A model generated the notes under the pieces. It made no database searches and was not told the DNA's origin. It saw only the letters and a list, made by a program, of their open reading frames with translations. A DNA stretch of 64,000 bases, from the NCBI GenBank assembly GCA_963801815.1, contig CAWDGJ010000007.1, positions 192,001 through 256,000 on the forward strand. The letters are read 5' to 3'. Origin of the DNA: an uncultured Verrucomicrobiae bacterium. Its GTDB lineage: Bacteria > Verrucomicrobiota > Verrucomicrobiia > Chthoniobacterales > UBA10450. A program made the position numbers and the translations under genes. Shown in pieces: positions 8,967-19,260 of the stretch. Each line of letters begins with the position of its first letter. The first letter of the stretch is position 1.

Positions 8967-10115
8967 TTGAAGATTTCGGAACCAAGGCGGCTTTTGTGGG
9001 TCGCGGTCGTGCTGCTAATTCTGATTTGCGGTGTGGCCTACTATTTCTTCATGCCGGTCGCGGAAGTGGCCATCGTCAAGCGCGGCACTGCGATATCGGC
9101 CGTTTATGGAACGGTGCGAATCGAACCGGCATTTGTCGTCCACGTGCGGGCGCAAAATTCTGGTTTCATCCAACTCGCTGAGGAATTTTCCGCCGGCCGC
9201 GGTGCCATCGGCAAAGGTGTAACAAAGGGCCAACTGTTGGCCACAATTGCCGACGAAGCGACCGCGCGACAATTGAAACAGGCGCGCACAGATCTCCAGG
9301 CCGCAACGGAGCGCGCCAAACTGCCGTTACCCTCGGAGGAACCGTTGAAGGCCGCGGAAGACAACTTGCGACGCCTCGAACAAGTCGTCGCAACCGGGAA
9401 CGTACCGGCGGTCGATTATGAAAAAGCCAAGAGTGAAGTGAATCGTCTCCGCGGGCAGCGCGATAACGAGCGCATTGAAAGCGATCGAAATCTTCAAGCA
9501 CTAAACGAAGGCTGCAAGAAACTCGAAGCCCAGATGCGCAACTCGGAAATCCGCGCCCCGATGGACGGTTTGCTCAGCGCGGTGTTGACCATTGACGGCG
9601 AGTTGGTGAATGAAGGCAATCAGCTTTTCACGGTTTCGTCTCGGAAGACTTACGTGCGCGGTGAAGTGAACGAAGAGGACGTCGGCGAAGTGAAACCAGG
9701 AATGAAAGCAAAAGTTCAGCTCTACGCTTATCGCAACAACGTCTTTCCAGCACGCGTTTCCTCGATTCAACCGGCGGCCGACCCTGACACGCAGCGTTAC
9801 ACCGTCATTCTGGAAATGGAAAAACCGCCGGACAATTTAATGGCTGGAATGACTGGCGAGATGAACATTATTACCGGAACGCACGAGAACGCGGTGCTCG
9901 TGCCGACACGCGCGGTCCTTGTCGACCAAGCGCTGATTGTAAAACGCGGGATCGTGCAAAAACGAACGATCAAAGTTGGTTTTCGCACTCTCGATTTCAG
10001 TGAAGCATTGAACGGCGTCTCAGCCGGCGACCACATCGTGGTTTCGGACCAGGACCGACTGCGCAATGGAGAACCGGTGCGGCAACGCCGGGTCGATTTT
10101 TCGCCAAAACCGTGA
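8967..10115 (+). CDS. periplasmic adaptor (membrane fusion protein, HlyD/MacA type)
   Basis: N-terminal TM, GVTKGQLLATI, coiled coil, IRAPMDG, VNEEDVGEVKPG and LMAGMTG. Confidence 0.92.
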   Translation: MKISEPRRLLWVAVVLLILICGVAYYFFMPVAEVAIVKRGTAISAVYGTVRIEPAFVVHVRAQNSGFIQLAEEFSAGRGAIGKGVTKGQLLATIADEATARQLKQARTDLQAATERAKLPLPSEEPLKAAEDNLRRLEQVVATGNVPAVDYEKAKSEVNRLRGQRDNERIESDRNLQALNEGCKKLEAQMRNSEIRAPMDGLLSAVLTIDGELVNEGNQLFTVSSRKTYVRGEVNEEDVGEVKPGMKAKVQLYAYRNNVFPARVSSIQPAADPDTQRYTVILEMEKPPDNLMAGMTGEMNIITGTHENAVLVPTRAVLVDQALIVKRGIVQKRTIKVGFRTLDFSEALNGVSAGDHIVVSDQDRLRNGEPVRQRRVDFSPKP

Positions 10116-11350
10116 GCGCGCCGTTTTACATTGCGGTGCGTTTTGCGACGCATCGCAAGCGGGCCTTGCTCCTCAGCCTGATCGGTGTCGTTTTTGGCGT
10201 CGGGATTTTTATTTGCACGCAGGCGCAAACGCAGGGCTTCGCCCAATTCTTCATCAATTCCACAATCGGCAGCAACGGCGCGTTGATTTTGCGTTCACGG
10301 TTTCAACCGCGCTATGAGGGACTCGTTGTTCCGACGAAAAACGTGAACGCCCTCCCCGCGCGGCGCAATTATTTCGAAGGCATCCATAACGTCAGCGAAA
10401 TTATGCGAGTAAGCCGTCAATTTTCGAACGTGGTCGCGTGCTCGCCGGTGCTTCGCGGCATTGTCAGCGCACGGTCGGGGTTCGAGATGACCACCGTGGA
10501 GCTTTTCGGGATCGACCCGCCGTCGCATCTGCGCACCACCGATTTAGCCAAGCAGATCATTGACGGGAAATTTGATGATTTTACCAACAACACGAGCGCG
10601 GTGATTCTCGGCTACAGACTGGCAGAACAGCTGGAAGTGGGATGTGGCGACGCCATTCAATTGCTTTCGCCGAGTGGCGAATATTGGCGATTCACAGTTG
10701 CAGCCACTGCGCGCAGCGGTGTAGGCGCGATCGATTCCACGCGCGTTTACGCACAGACCCGCGTCGCCCAACGCCTCCTCAAAAAACCGTATGAGGCCTC
10801 GGTGATCATCTACAAATTGCGCGATCCGGATCGCGCGCCAGCACTGGCAACGCATTTCGAGACTTTATTCCAGCATAATTCCCAAAGCTGGCAGGAACGC
10901 GAGGAATCGACTTTGCAGTTGTTTATCATGTTACGGTTATCAGCCGCGGTCACGGTATCGTTGATGATTCTCCTGGCAGGTTTCGGAATCTTCAATGTGC
11001 TGACGATGTCGGTGCTCTCGAAGATCAGGGAGATCGCAATTTTGCGCTCGATGGGCTATCGCCAAGTTGACATCTCCGCGATTTTTCTCTGGCAAGGCGC
11101 TCTCATTGCGACAGTTGGCTCATTGATCGGCTGCATTTTGGGCGCGCTACTGACCTGGATTGTTTCCAAAGTTCCGATTCACATCCGCGGTTTGCTCTAC
11201 ACGAATCATTTTTTGGTGGTGTGGGATTGGCGGCATTATTTTTGGGCAACCGTGCTCGCCGGGATCGCCGTATTCATCGCCAGCTACGTTCCTGCCAAAC
11301 GCGCGGCGCTGCTGCAACCCGTGGATACGTTGCGGGGATCGAGTTTATGA
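10112..11350 (+). CDS. ABC transporter permease, LolC/E-MacB-FtsX type
   Basis: LSLIGVVFGV first TM, a large periplasmic domain, GIFNVLTMSV..KIREIAILRSMG, and YVPAKRAA..PVDTLR. Confidence 0.92.
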   Translation: MSAPFYIAVRFATHRKRALLLSLIGVVFGVGIFICTQAQTQGFAQFFINSTIGSNGALILRSRFQPRYEGLVVPTKNVNALPARRNYFEGIHNVSEIMRVSRQFSNVVACSPVLRGIVSARSGFEMTTVELFGIDPPSHLRTTDLAKQIIDGKFDDFTNNTSAVILGYRLAEQLEVGCGDAIQLLSPSGEYWRFTVAATARSGVGAIDSTRVYAQTRVAQRLLKKPYEASVIIYKLRDPDRAPALATHFETLFQHNSQSWQEREESTLQLFIMLRLSAAVTVSLMILLAGFGIFNVLTMSVLSKIREIAILRSMGYRQVDISAIFLWQGALIATVGSLIGCILGALLTWIVSKVPIHIRGLLYTNHFLVVWDWRHYFWATVLAGIAVFIASYVPAKRAALLQPVDTLRGSSL

Positions 11351-12063
11351 AAGGCGACATTTCCCTTAGCTGTCGCGATCTCCAGCGTTATCTTGGAAAA
11401 GAGGAAGAGCGCGTGCACGCCTTGCGCGGCGTATCGCTCGATGTAGAAACGGGAAGTCTCCACGCGGTGGTCGGCCCGTCCGGGTGCGGCAAGAGCACCT
11501 TGCTTTACATCCTCGGCCTCCTCGATGTGCCCGATGCGGGTTCCGTCGAGATTGGCTCGACGCTGATCGCAGGTTTGAGTGATGAAGAGTTGGCCCGACG
11601 CAGGAACCAACTAATTGGTTTCATTTTCCAATTTCACTTTCTCATGGAGGACTTCACCGCGCACGAAAACGTGATGATCCCGATGCGCCGCCTCGGTCAA
11701 ATGAGCGACCAGGAAATGGCCGACCGGGCTGCCGATTTGTTGAGTGCGGTAGGTCTTGCCGACAAACTTCGACGCCAAAGCCGTCACCTTTCTGGCGGCG
11801 AACAACAGCGAGTGGCCATCGCACGCGCCTTGGCTAACGATCCACAGATCATTCTCGCCGATGAACCAACCGGAAACCTCGATACCAACAATTCGCAACA
11901 GGCTTTTGAGCTTCTCGCCCAAATCGTGCGCGAAAAAGAAAGAGCCCTTCTGCTTGTCACTCATAATCGCTTCATTGCCGATGCCTGCGATTGGGTCCAC
12001 GAGATGAAAGATGGTCTGATTATCGCCCGCCATCCGCATGGGCAACGGATCTCGGTGTCCTAA
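11347..12063 (+). CDS. ABC transporter ATP-binding protein, LolD-like
   Basis: GPSGCGKST, IGFIFQFHFL, LSGGEQQRVAIARAL, ILADEPTGNLD and LLVTHN. The ATG overlaps the permease stop. Confidence 0.95.
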   Translation: MKGDISLSCRDLQRYLGKEEERVHALRGVSLDVETGSLHAVVGPSGCGKSTLLYILGLLDVPDAGSVEIGSTLIAGLSDEELARRRNQLIGFIFQFHFLMEDFTAHENVMIPMRRLGQMSDQEMADRAADLLSAVGLADKLRRQSRHLSGGEQQRVAIARALANDPQIILADEPTGNLDTNNSQQAFELLAQIVREKERALLLVTHNRFIADACDWVHEMKDGLIIARHPHGQRISVS

Positions 12064-12083
12064 CGGGAGAAGTTCGACTTCAC

Positions 12084-13148
12084 ATGACGTCGAAGAGAAC
12101 GACAGTTTCCATTTTGCTGCCATCGCTCAATGCCCGGCGATTTCTCGAGCCGCGAGTCGATTCGCTCTTTAAGCAAACCTTCGTCGACTGGGAAGCGATT
12201 GTTCTCGACAGTCACTCCACCGATGGTAGCTGGGAGTTCTTTAAATCTGTCGCCGAAACCGATTCACGTTTTCGACTGTATCAAGTTCCGCGCGAGGGAC
12301 TGTATGCCGCGCTCAACCGCGGGCTGGAGCTTGCGACGGGTGAGTTTCTATATATCGCTCCGTGTGACGACACAATGGCCCCGGAGTTCTTTACTGAAAT
12401 GATCGAGGCTCTTGGGCGGTGCCCGGAAGCCGGCATCGCAGTTTGCGACTGTTTGTTCATCAATCAAAATGGTCATGAATTGCGCCCGGAAGATATGAGT
12501 CATCGAATGTCAAAACGACGGATTAGAAATCTGTTAAGATCTGGGAACGTTCGCGCATCTCTGCCATCGATAAGTCGGCGTGAAACCAATTATCGACCCC
12601 CTCCGCATGATTGCCTCCTGCATTTCGCAGGACGCAGCGTTTACTTTTCTCTGACCCAGCTTTTTATTCGAACGTCGGCGGCCAAAGACGCAGGTTCGTT
12701 CGAAACTGACGTCGGCTCAGCAGCCGATTTTGGTTGGCTCGTTCGCCTAACGAGTTTGACTGGTTCTGTCCATTTACCAAAGCGATTGGCAACGTGGCGT
12801 TTTCACGGGGACCAACTGAGCTTACGGCGCGATAACACGCGCTTGAGTGCAATGAACAAAATGTGCCAAAGCATTCTGCCAGCAATCTGCCAACGCTATC
12901 CGGGTTTGCTTACGGAGAGTGACTGCAAGTTACTCCGATTATCCTACAAGATTCTTCTGGCGTCCTCGCTGAAACAGCGTGTTGGTTACTGCCTGCAGGG
13001 CGTTGGGCATGTCTTACTGATATTCGCCAGGCAGCCTCTCGTTATCTTGGGGGTTCTCTGTCGAACAGGGATCGGCAGAAATTTTCCTGTCGATCTTGTT
13101 TTGCAACGAAAAAAAAATGGCTCGCACGATTTGGACCCTAGCACCTAG
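12084..13148 (+). CDS. glycosyltransferase family 2
   Basis: VSILLPSLN, QTFVDWEAIVLDSHSTDGS, GLYAALNRGL and APCDD. Confidence 0.9.
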   Translation: MTSKRTTVSILLPSLNARRFLEPRVDSLFKQTFVDWEAIVLDSHSTDGSWEFFKSVAETDSRFRLYQVPREGLYAALNRGLELATGEFLYIAPCDDTMAPEFFTEMIEALGRCPEAGIAVCDCLFINQNGHELRPEDMSHRMSKRRIRNLLRSGNVRASLPSISRRETNYRPPPHDCLLHFAGRSVYFSLTQLFIRTSAAKDAGSFETDVGSAADFGWLVRLTSLTGSVHLPKRLATWRFHGDQLSLRRDNTRLSAMNKMCQSILPAICQRYPGLLTESDCKLLRLSYKILLASSLKQRVGYCLQGVGHVLLIFARQPLVILGVLCRTGIGRNFPVDLVLQRKKNGSHDLDPST

Positions 13149-13320
13149 TTACCCAGACTTGGTCATCCCGTTCTGCGTTTGCAATTGGATCAGCAATTTG
13201 TCGATGTAGTCCGACCAGGAACGAAATTTTCGCGCACGCGCTTCCGCGCAAAGCCGGAATAGAATGGTTGATCCAACAACAGGTTCTTGATGCCTTCCGC
13301 GACCGCTTCCGGTGTGTTGA
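13149..13320 (-). pseudogene. relic C-terminus of a GT4 glycosyltransferase paralogous to 14909-16109
   Basis: Manual translation gives EAVAEGIKNLLLDQPFYS/RLCAEARARKFRSWSDYIDKLL, against MLADAIKTLLLDRKLYSRLCDEARARRFRSWSDYIDRLL in the longer copy. Confidence 0.8.
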
Positions 13321-13356
13321 CCAGAGAGGCCGGAACTCGTGACCTCGATAAAAGCT

Positions 13357-14832
13357 TCATTCGGCAGGAACCTGCCAGCAGACGAATTGGGCGCGAGTCA
13401 GTTCGACTTGAACATTTGGGTAAAGTTCTTGCACGACCGGAAAATCACGTGCGACGCTCGCGCCGATGAGGGGTGGCTTCGGAGGATTAGCGCGGATTTC
13501 TTGAGTAGTGAACTTGGTCACCGGGAACCGGAAATTGCCGTGAAAAAGATAAAACGAGTCCCACATCAGCTCGTTCCGGGGAAAAATCGACTTGATCAAT
13601 ACCGTCTGAACGCCGGGTTGTTGCAGTTCGCCCAATTTTTCCGCGATGACCTTCTCATTCGCGACATCGCGTCGCCGAACGTTGATCTTTATTTGGCCAT
13701 GAACAAATCCGGCAACCAGGAGAATGATTAGCGCCATCTTTGCCCAGGTTCGGACCGGCGGCGCTTGTCTCAAGAACCCCAAGAAAAGCAGAGCCAGAAG
13801 AAAGCAGAGCGACGGCAAAACTGGAATGGAATAACGCGCGAGGCGGAAGTTGGAGAGAATCAATATGGCGATGAACGACAGGCTAACAATCGCTAGCTCT
13901 CGAATCGCCGGCGCCGTCCGCTCTTTTTTCGAAAACAAAATCACGAACGGTGCGACGAGAGAAAGAAACCCGCAAAGACCGCCGGCCAGACTCATCCCCA
14001 TCAGAATTTCAAAGTAAGGCCGCTGACCAAGAGCCGTTGGTCCAAGCCAGACGCTGACCTCGTCGTGATAAACGCTGCCGGCGGGCATCTGATACTTGAT
14101 CAACTGAAGCAGCGGCCAGATCGACATCAGTGCAAGCGCTGCAATCACGCTTCCAATCAGCCAACCGCGGCCGCTTCGAAGTTCGCGGCGATCTGCGCGA
14201 TTCATTAAGCGCACTGCGATGATGAGCATCCAAAACAGGAATGGTATTGGGAGTTTCTGCAGACTGCCGAGCCAGCTTGCAACCGCCGTTGCGATCCACC
14301 AGGCAGGTTTTTTCCGCGCAAGCTCCGCGAAAACGAACGTCAACACCGTGAAAAATGTGAGGCCGATATCCAGGAGACCGTGCGCGGACTCGCTGTTGAA
14401 AAACGGCGCCGAGATCAGGATCGCGATGGTAAGCGGAATCAGCCACCGCTGGTCCGGTTTGAGCAAACGGACCAGCCAGGCAACGGCAACCAGGGTTAGC
14501 ACGGCGTACAGCAGCGGCCAGACGCGCACGGCCAGCGCGGGATTTTGGAAACGCGGCAGAGTCAGGCTGGTGAGCCAGTACTGGAGCGGTGGTTTTTCAA
14601 ACGAACGTTGAAAATTATAATGAACGACCCACGGCTCCGTCATGAGCATTTCGCGGGTGCGTTCAGCGGTCAGCAGCTCGTCCGTGCCGGACATGATTCC
14701 GATTGGCGCCTGCACGCCGAGCCAAACGGCAAACAAAAATATGATCAACGCCGCGACCGAAAACTCGCGCCGTTGCTGACCATTAGCGAGGGATCCTTCG
14801 AGGGCAGGAACGTGAAGAACGTCAACAGCCAT
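13357..14832 (-). CDS. ArnT/PMT-like GT-C fold membrane glycosyltransferase (start may extend to 14922)
   Basis: TDE...REM, FEKPPLQYWL, AVRVWPLL and LDIGLTFF, with many TM segments. Confidence 0.88.
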   Translation of the reverse strand: MAVDVLHVPALEGSLANGQQRREFSVAALIIFLFAVWLGVQAPIGIMSGTDELLTAERTREMLMTEPWVVHYNFQRSFEKPPLQYWLTSLTLPRFQNPALAVRVWPLLYAVLTLVAVAWLVRLLKPDQRWLIPLTIAILISAPFFNSESAHGLLDIGLTFFTVLTFVFAELARKKPAWWIATAVASWLGSLQKLPIPFLFWMLIIAVRLMNRADRRELRSGRGWLIGSVIAALALMSIWPLLQLIKYQMPAGSVYHDEVSVWLGPTALGQRPYFEILMGMSLAGGLCGFLSLVAPFVILFSKKERTAPAIRELAIVSLSFIAILILSNFRLARYSIPVLPSLCFLLALLFLGFLRQAPPVRTWAKMALIILLVAGFVHGQIKINVRRRDVANEKVIAEKLGELQQPGVQTVLIKSIFPRNELMWDSFYLFHGNFRFPVTKFTTQEIRANPPKPPLIGASVARDFPVVQELYPNVQVELTRAQFVCWQVPAE

Positions 14833-14908
14833 GTAAGATTGACACCCATTCACGGGAAAAACGATTTGCGCAAGTGGTCGCCAATCATCGGCGATCTTTG
14901 GTCTGGCA

Positions 14909-16109
14909 CTAGCTTTCCGCAAGCGTCATCGTGTGCTTCTCGCGCAACATCTGCAGGTGACCGAGTAATCGATCGATGTAATCCGACCAGGAGCGGAATC
15001 TTCTAGCACGCGCTTCATCGCAAAGTCGCGAGTACAATTTTCGATCTAACAGCAGCGTCTTAATCGCGTCAGCTAGCATGTCCGATTTGGTTTGATCGAC
15101 AACTAGGCAGCCACCACTTCGCGCTACTTCGCCCAGGGCACCATTACCGCCGCAGATGCATGGCTTGCCATGGACAAGACTCTCCGCAATGGGAAGACCG
15201 AAACCTTCCGCCAAAGAGGGATACACTGTAAACCGACAGTCGAGGTAGGCACGGTGCAGCGTTTCATCGTCAACATGCTTTAACCAACGAACCGGCCAAC
15301 CTTCGCTCTGTAATCGCCTGATTTCTCTTATCACTTTCCGTCCAAAGCCAGTCACTTCGGCCAATAAGGCAAAGCTCAAAAGACAAACCGCGGCGCCAAA
15401 GCGCGGCTGCGCCACGGAGCAGGGCAAGATGATTTTTTCGCTGCTCAAAAGAACCGACACAGACAATCAACGCACACGAAGATTTGGTGGCAGATCGACG
15501 CTCGGCCACGGAAACTTCAACCGGCCATTTTTCCACCACCGTTTCTGTCGGCGTCACGCCATATTGGCCCCAAAGCATTTGCAGATGGTCATGGGAGCTG
15601 TTGGAAACACAAATGATCAAGTCGAAGGCGGCAAGTGATTCAATGTAATTGCGAAACCCCCGACGGCTTCGCTCATTCAAGGCCGGCAGCTGCAATGCGG
15701 CCGCGTCGTGAAAAATGGCGAGACTCCGTCCGCGAAACTTCGCGATTAAGTCCGGAAAGATTCTGGTGCGCGCATCGCGATAGATATCGGGCATTAAAAA
15801 CACGTCCTCAGGTCCTAACTCGTTGTCCAGCGACAAGCCGTGCCGGAAGAACAACCGATAGGCTTCCGACAAAGGATTCTCACCACGCAGCTCGGGGCGT
15901 GCTGAAACACGCGGCCCGTCATGAAATGGCGCCTCGAGCGTGGCGAGCTCTCCCGCGGTCAACCGTTGAAAGCGGCGGCCAAGAATGTTCCATGAGATCG
16001 GTGTTACTGGGACGCGGGCGCGCAGTTCTTGAAAAAGTCTTCGTGTGATCCGTTGAATCCCAGTGTTCCGGACGGTCTTGCACGAAGTTGTTACTTCCAG
16101 ATAAATCAT
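14909..16109 (-). CDS. glycosyltransferase family 4, one frameshift near 15355
   Basis: N part has NTGIQRITR, FHDAA and VGSFEQRKNH. C part, in another frame, has YPSLAEGFGLPIAESLVHGKP. Confidence 0.85.
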
Positions 16110-16273
16110 ATCTGAGGGCTTTCTGGCGCAGATGTGGCGGAAGCTTTCAGAGTGTTACTATTTGCGCGGTTGCGCCGCACATATTCCAGCACCGATTCTT
16201 TCCCAAGTATGTTTCACTATATATCTCGGGCGTGCAATATCAGGATAGTGGGGGCAAAATTGGCGACGAAATC

Positions 16274-17455
16274 ATGATCGCGAACCGTATTGTTCTTGAT
16301 GCCCGTTGCCTCAGGGGCACGCCGGGCGGTGTCGTGAGCTACACCAAAGCGCTCGTCGAACATCTTCCGCTCCTTCTGCCGAATGTGCCGATCGTTCTTC
16401 TCCGTCACCGCGATCGACTCAACGCACTCTCGCGTGCGCCTAACGTGTCAGAATGGAGTCGCGGTGGCGGACCCAACGATGTCTGGAATTATTTCCAGCT
16501 GCGGTGCTGGCTCAACCGACGAATCGGTCCGAAAGACTTATTTCACGCTCCTTATCGAGTGCTTCCCCGCGGCATTCAGGCCAAGTCCGTTATTACTATT
16601 CATGACGTCATGCACGTGGTCTGCCCAGAGCTTGTTTTCCCAAATCCACTGATTCGTCCGTTCCAAAAAACGTACTGGTCCTTCATTATCCGTGACAGCC
16701 TTCGCCGGGCAGATCGGATTATTGCGGTCAGCCATTACAGCGCTAACGACGCCGCCCAAATTGATCCGGCTTGCCGGCCGCGACTTCGAGTAACGCATCT
16801 CGGCAAGTCGCCGACTTTTCGCCCGATCATGAAAGAGAGCGCCGAACGCCTCAGTTCGTCAATTGTTCCTCCCGGGAAGCGCTTTTTTTTGGTGGTAGGC
16901 GGAGGTTACCCTAACAAAAATCACGTGAGAGCTGTTTCCGCTTTCGGCAAGGCATTCAAAGCGTTCGATAATATGCATCTCCTGGTGATCGAACGTAACC
17001 GAAGGTCGCCCCCTGAATTACGCCAGGCCGTGCGGAGGACTCAGCTTCCGGAACGCATCATCATTCGAGACAGTGTCGCAGCCGAGGAACTGGTCGCGCT
17101 CTACAATCGCGCCGAGGCCCTTGTCTTTCCGTCGCTTTATGAGGGTTTTGGACTGCCAATCCTGGAGGCGATGGCATGCGGCTGCCCTGTTTTGTGCTCG
17201 AATACGACCGCGCCGCCTGAGGTAGCCGGAGACGCTGCTCTTCTCTTGCCACCTAACGACGACGCGGCTATCGCCGCCGCCATGCGACGTATCGTGGAGG
17301 ACCCGGCACTTCAACAATCACTTTCGGAGCGCGGCATTCGGCACGCGACCTTATTTGACTGGCAAAAGATGGCCGCTGAAACAGTCCGGCTCTACGCTGA
17401 GATTGCACCGTGGATACCGGCCCCCACATTGACGGCCAACCTTTCGACGCGTTGA
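16274..17455 (+). CDS. glycosyltransferase family 4 (MtfB/WbpY-like mannosyltransferase type)
   Basis: IVLDAR, VITIHD, IIAVS, KNH and FPSLYEGFGLPILEAMACGCPV. Confidence 0.92.
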   Translation: MIANRIVLDARCLRGTPGGVVSYTKALVEHLPLLLPNVPIVLLRHRDRLNALSRAPNVSEWSRGGGPNDVWNYFQLRCWLNRRIGPKDLFHAPYRVLPRGIQAKSVITIHDVMHVVCPELVFPNPLIRPFQKTYWSFIIRDSLRRADRIIAVSHYSANDAAQIDPACRPRLRVTHLGKSPTFRPIMKESAERLSSSIVPPGKRFFLVVGGGYPNKNHVRAVSAFGKAFKAFDNMHLLVIERNRRSPPELRQAVRRTQLPERIIIRDSVAAEELVALYNRAEALVFPSLYEGFGLPILEAMACGCPVLCSNTTAPPEVAGDAALLLPPNDDAAIAAAMRRIVEDPALQQSLSERGIRHATLFDWQKMAAETVRLYAEIAPWIPAPTLTANLSTR

Positions 17456-17486
17456 AAACCTACACAATCGAAATCTCAGCGCCGCA

Positions 17487-18290
17487 ATGAAGAATATTTT
17501 CCTTACCGGGGCGAGTTCGGGCATTGGATTATCGATTGCCAAGGCGCTGGTCGCGCGGGGCGATGAAGTTTGGGGAACATCACGGGAGCCTGGGCGCGTG
17601 CCGCAGTTGCCGCGGCTGCATGGCGTTCGTCTCGATTTATCGGATCCGAATGCAATCGAGCGCGGATTCAGTAGCGCGCTTTCCGAGGCGGGCTATTTCG
17701 ACGTTGTAATTAACAACGCCGGTAGCGGCCACTTTGGAGCCGCAGAGCATCTGTCTGACGCCGAGATTAAAAGCCAGTTTCAAATCCTGCTGTTCGGACA
17801 TCTTCAACTCATGCGCCTGGCGTTGGCGGCGATGCGCGCGCGCGGACACGGATTGATCATCAACGTCACGTCACTGGCGTCGCAATTACCCGTACCATTT
17901 ATGGCTGCTTATAACTCAGCGAAAGCCGCGATGGCGGCCTACACGATGTCGATCCAGCTGGAGTTACCTGATGCCAATGTGCGGATTGTCGATCTTCAAC
18001 CAGCGGACATTTTGACCGCGTTCAATGACGCGGTTCCGAAAAAGGAGGAACAGGATCCGCGCTATAAAGATCGGGTAACAAAGACCTGGGCCGCCGTCGA
18101 TCAGAACATGAAGAATGCGCCTTCGCCGGATCTCGTCGCCAAGTGCGCACTCGAATTGATTGACTCGCCAAATCCCCCGCCCCGGACCACCGTCGGCGAC
18201 GGGTTTCAATCCAAGGTGGCGCCATTTATTTTCCGGTTTCTGCCGCAGCGGGTCCGCGTTTGGGGGCTGAAGATGTATTACGGGATTTGA
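17487..18290 (+). CDS. short-chain dehydrogenase/reductase (candidate 3-keto-sphingoid reductase)
   Basis: TGASSGIG, NNAG and YNSAK catalytic motif. The specific role is inferred from context only. Confidence 0.9.
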   Translation: MKNIFLTGASSGIGLSIAKALVARGDEVWGTSREPGRVPQLPRLHGVRLDLSDPNAIERGFSSALSEAGYFDVVINNAGSGHFGAAEHLSDAEIKSQFQILLFGHLQLMRLALAAMRARGHGLIINVTSLASQLPVPFMAAYNSAKAAMAAYTMSIQLELPDANVRIVDLQPADILTAFNDAVPKKEEQDPRYKDRVTKTWAAVDQNMKNAPSPDLVAKCALELIDSPNPPPRTTVGDGFQSKVAPFIFRFLPQRVRVWGLKMYYGI

Positions 18291-19239
18291 TTCCGGCCCG
18301 ATTCGGCAAGAACGAACCGATCCAGAGCCGAATGATCGGCAAGGAGAGGATCCACCTCGAAAAGAATACGGTCCAACTGTCGCGAAAGAAGTTTATTATC
18401 TCGGTATTGCTTCGGATCGCGCCGTTTGGCACATCGCAAAGCGTCATCGTGCCCCGTTGTGCTCGAAGCGCTCGCATCATCGCTGACGCCGGCACGACAT
18501 ACTTTTTGATGCCACGTCGATCCAGGCAGCCACTGATCCAGATGTCGTCCATGTAGAACGCACTTTTTGGCGCGCCGGTGTAATCCCACAACGCGGAGTC
18601 GAAGAACTGCGGCTGAACAAGATAACTTGCAGTGCCGGTAATGACTGCGACTGGTTTGGGCTCACGAATCTGATTGGCGCGAATCATTTTCGGCAGGAAC
18701 CAGACAAGGCTATGCGGTATTAATGCGCCACGGAAACAAAGCGCGGCCTCCGGCAGTTGCGCATGGTAATGCAGATATGTTTCCAACGCATCGCGCGGGT
18801 AAAGGCGGTCGTCGTCAACAGCCATAATCAGCGTGTTGCCACGACCGGCGGCCAATTCCTCCTGAATAACTGGAATGAATTTTGTGGCCGGTCCCCAGTC
18901 CTGCTGGCAGCGCAAAATGCGGACGCGCGGAATTTTCTCGAGATAGCTAGGGACAACGTACTCCTTTTGCTGCCGATTCGAAAACTGAGGGACCGCGACG
19001 ACGATTTCGTCAGGCGTCCGCGTCTGTTCCAACAGACAACGAAGAGTTGGTTCGAGGTTGTCAATCCGATCCGGCAGTGTTGAAAGGGAAACGATGACGC
19101 GACCGTTGCGCGTTGAAGAGGAATTGGATAACTGCCGCCGAATGAATCGTGCTTGCTGCCGCCCAAAAAGTAGCGAGTAGACAATCTCGCCTGTCCCACT
19201 CACCATTTCCTCCAATTTTCGTATGAACCGGCCCATCAC
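18226..19239 (-). CDS. GT-A fold glycosyltransferase-like protein
   Basis: VIVSLSTLPDR, DWGPATK, AVDDDRLY and MDDIWISG. Confidence 0.75.
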   Translation of the reverse strand: MMGRFIRKLEEMVSGTGEIVYSLLFGRQQARFIRRQLSNSSSTRNGRVIVSLSTLPDRIDNLEPTLRCLLEQTRTPDEIVVAVPQFSNRQQKEYVVPSYLEKIPRVRILRCQQDWGPATKFIPVIQEELAAGRGNTLIMAVDDDRLYPRDALETYLHYHAQLPEAALCFRGALIPHSLVWFLPKMIRANQIREPKPVAVITGTASYLVQPQFFDSALWDYTGAPKSAFYMDDIWISGCLDRRGIKKYVVPASAMMRALRAQRGTMTLCDVPNGAIRSNTEIINFFRDSWTVFFSRWILSLPIIRLWIGSFLPNRAGIKSRNTSSAPKRGPAAAETGK

Positions 19240-19260
19240 TACTGGAACTATACCGTAAAT

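Noticed and set aside
10112..12063. Calling the ABC pair lolCDE
   Set aside because: The fold is similar, but the operon includes an MFP and two TolC genes, which indicates a tripartite exporter rather than the Lol system.
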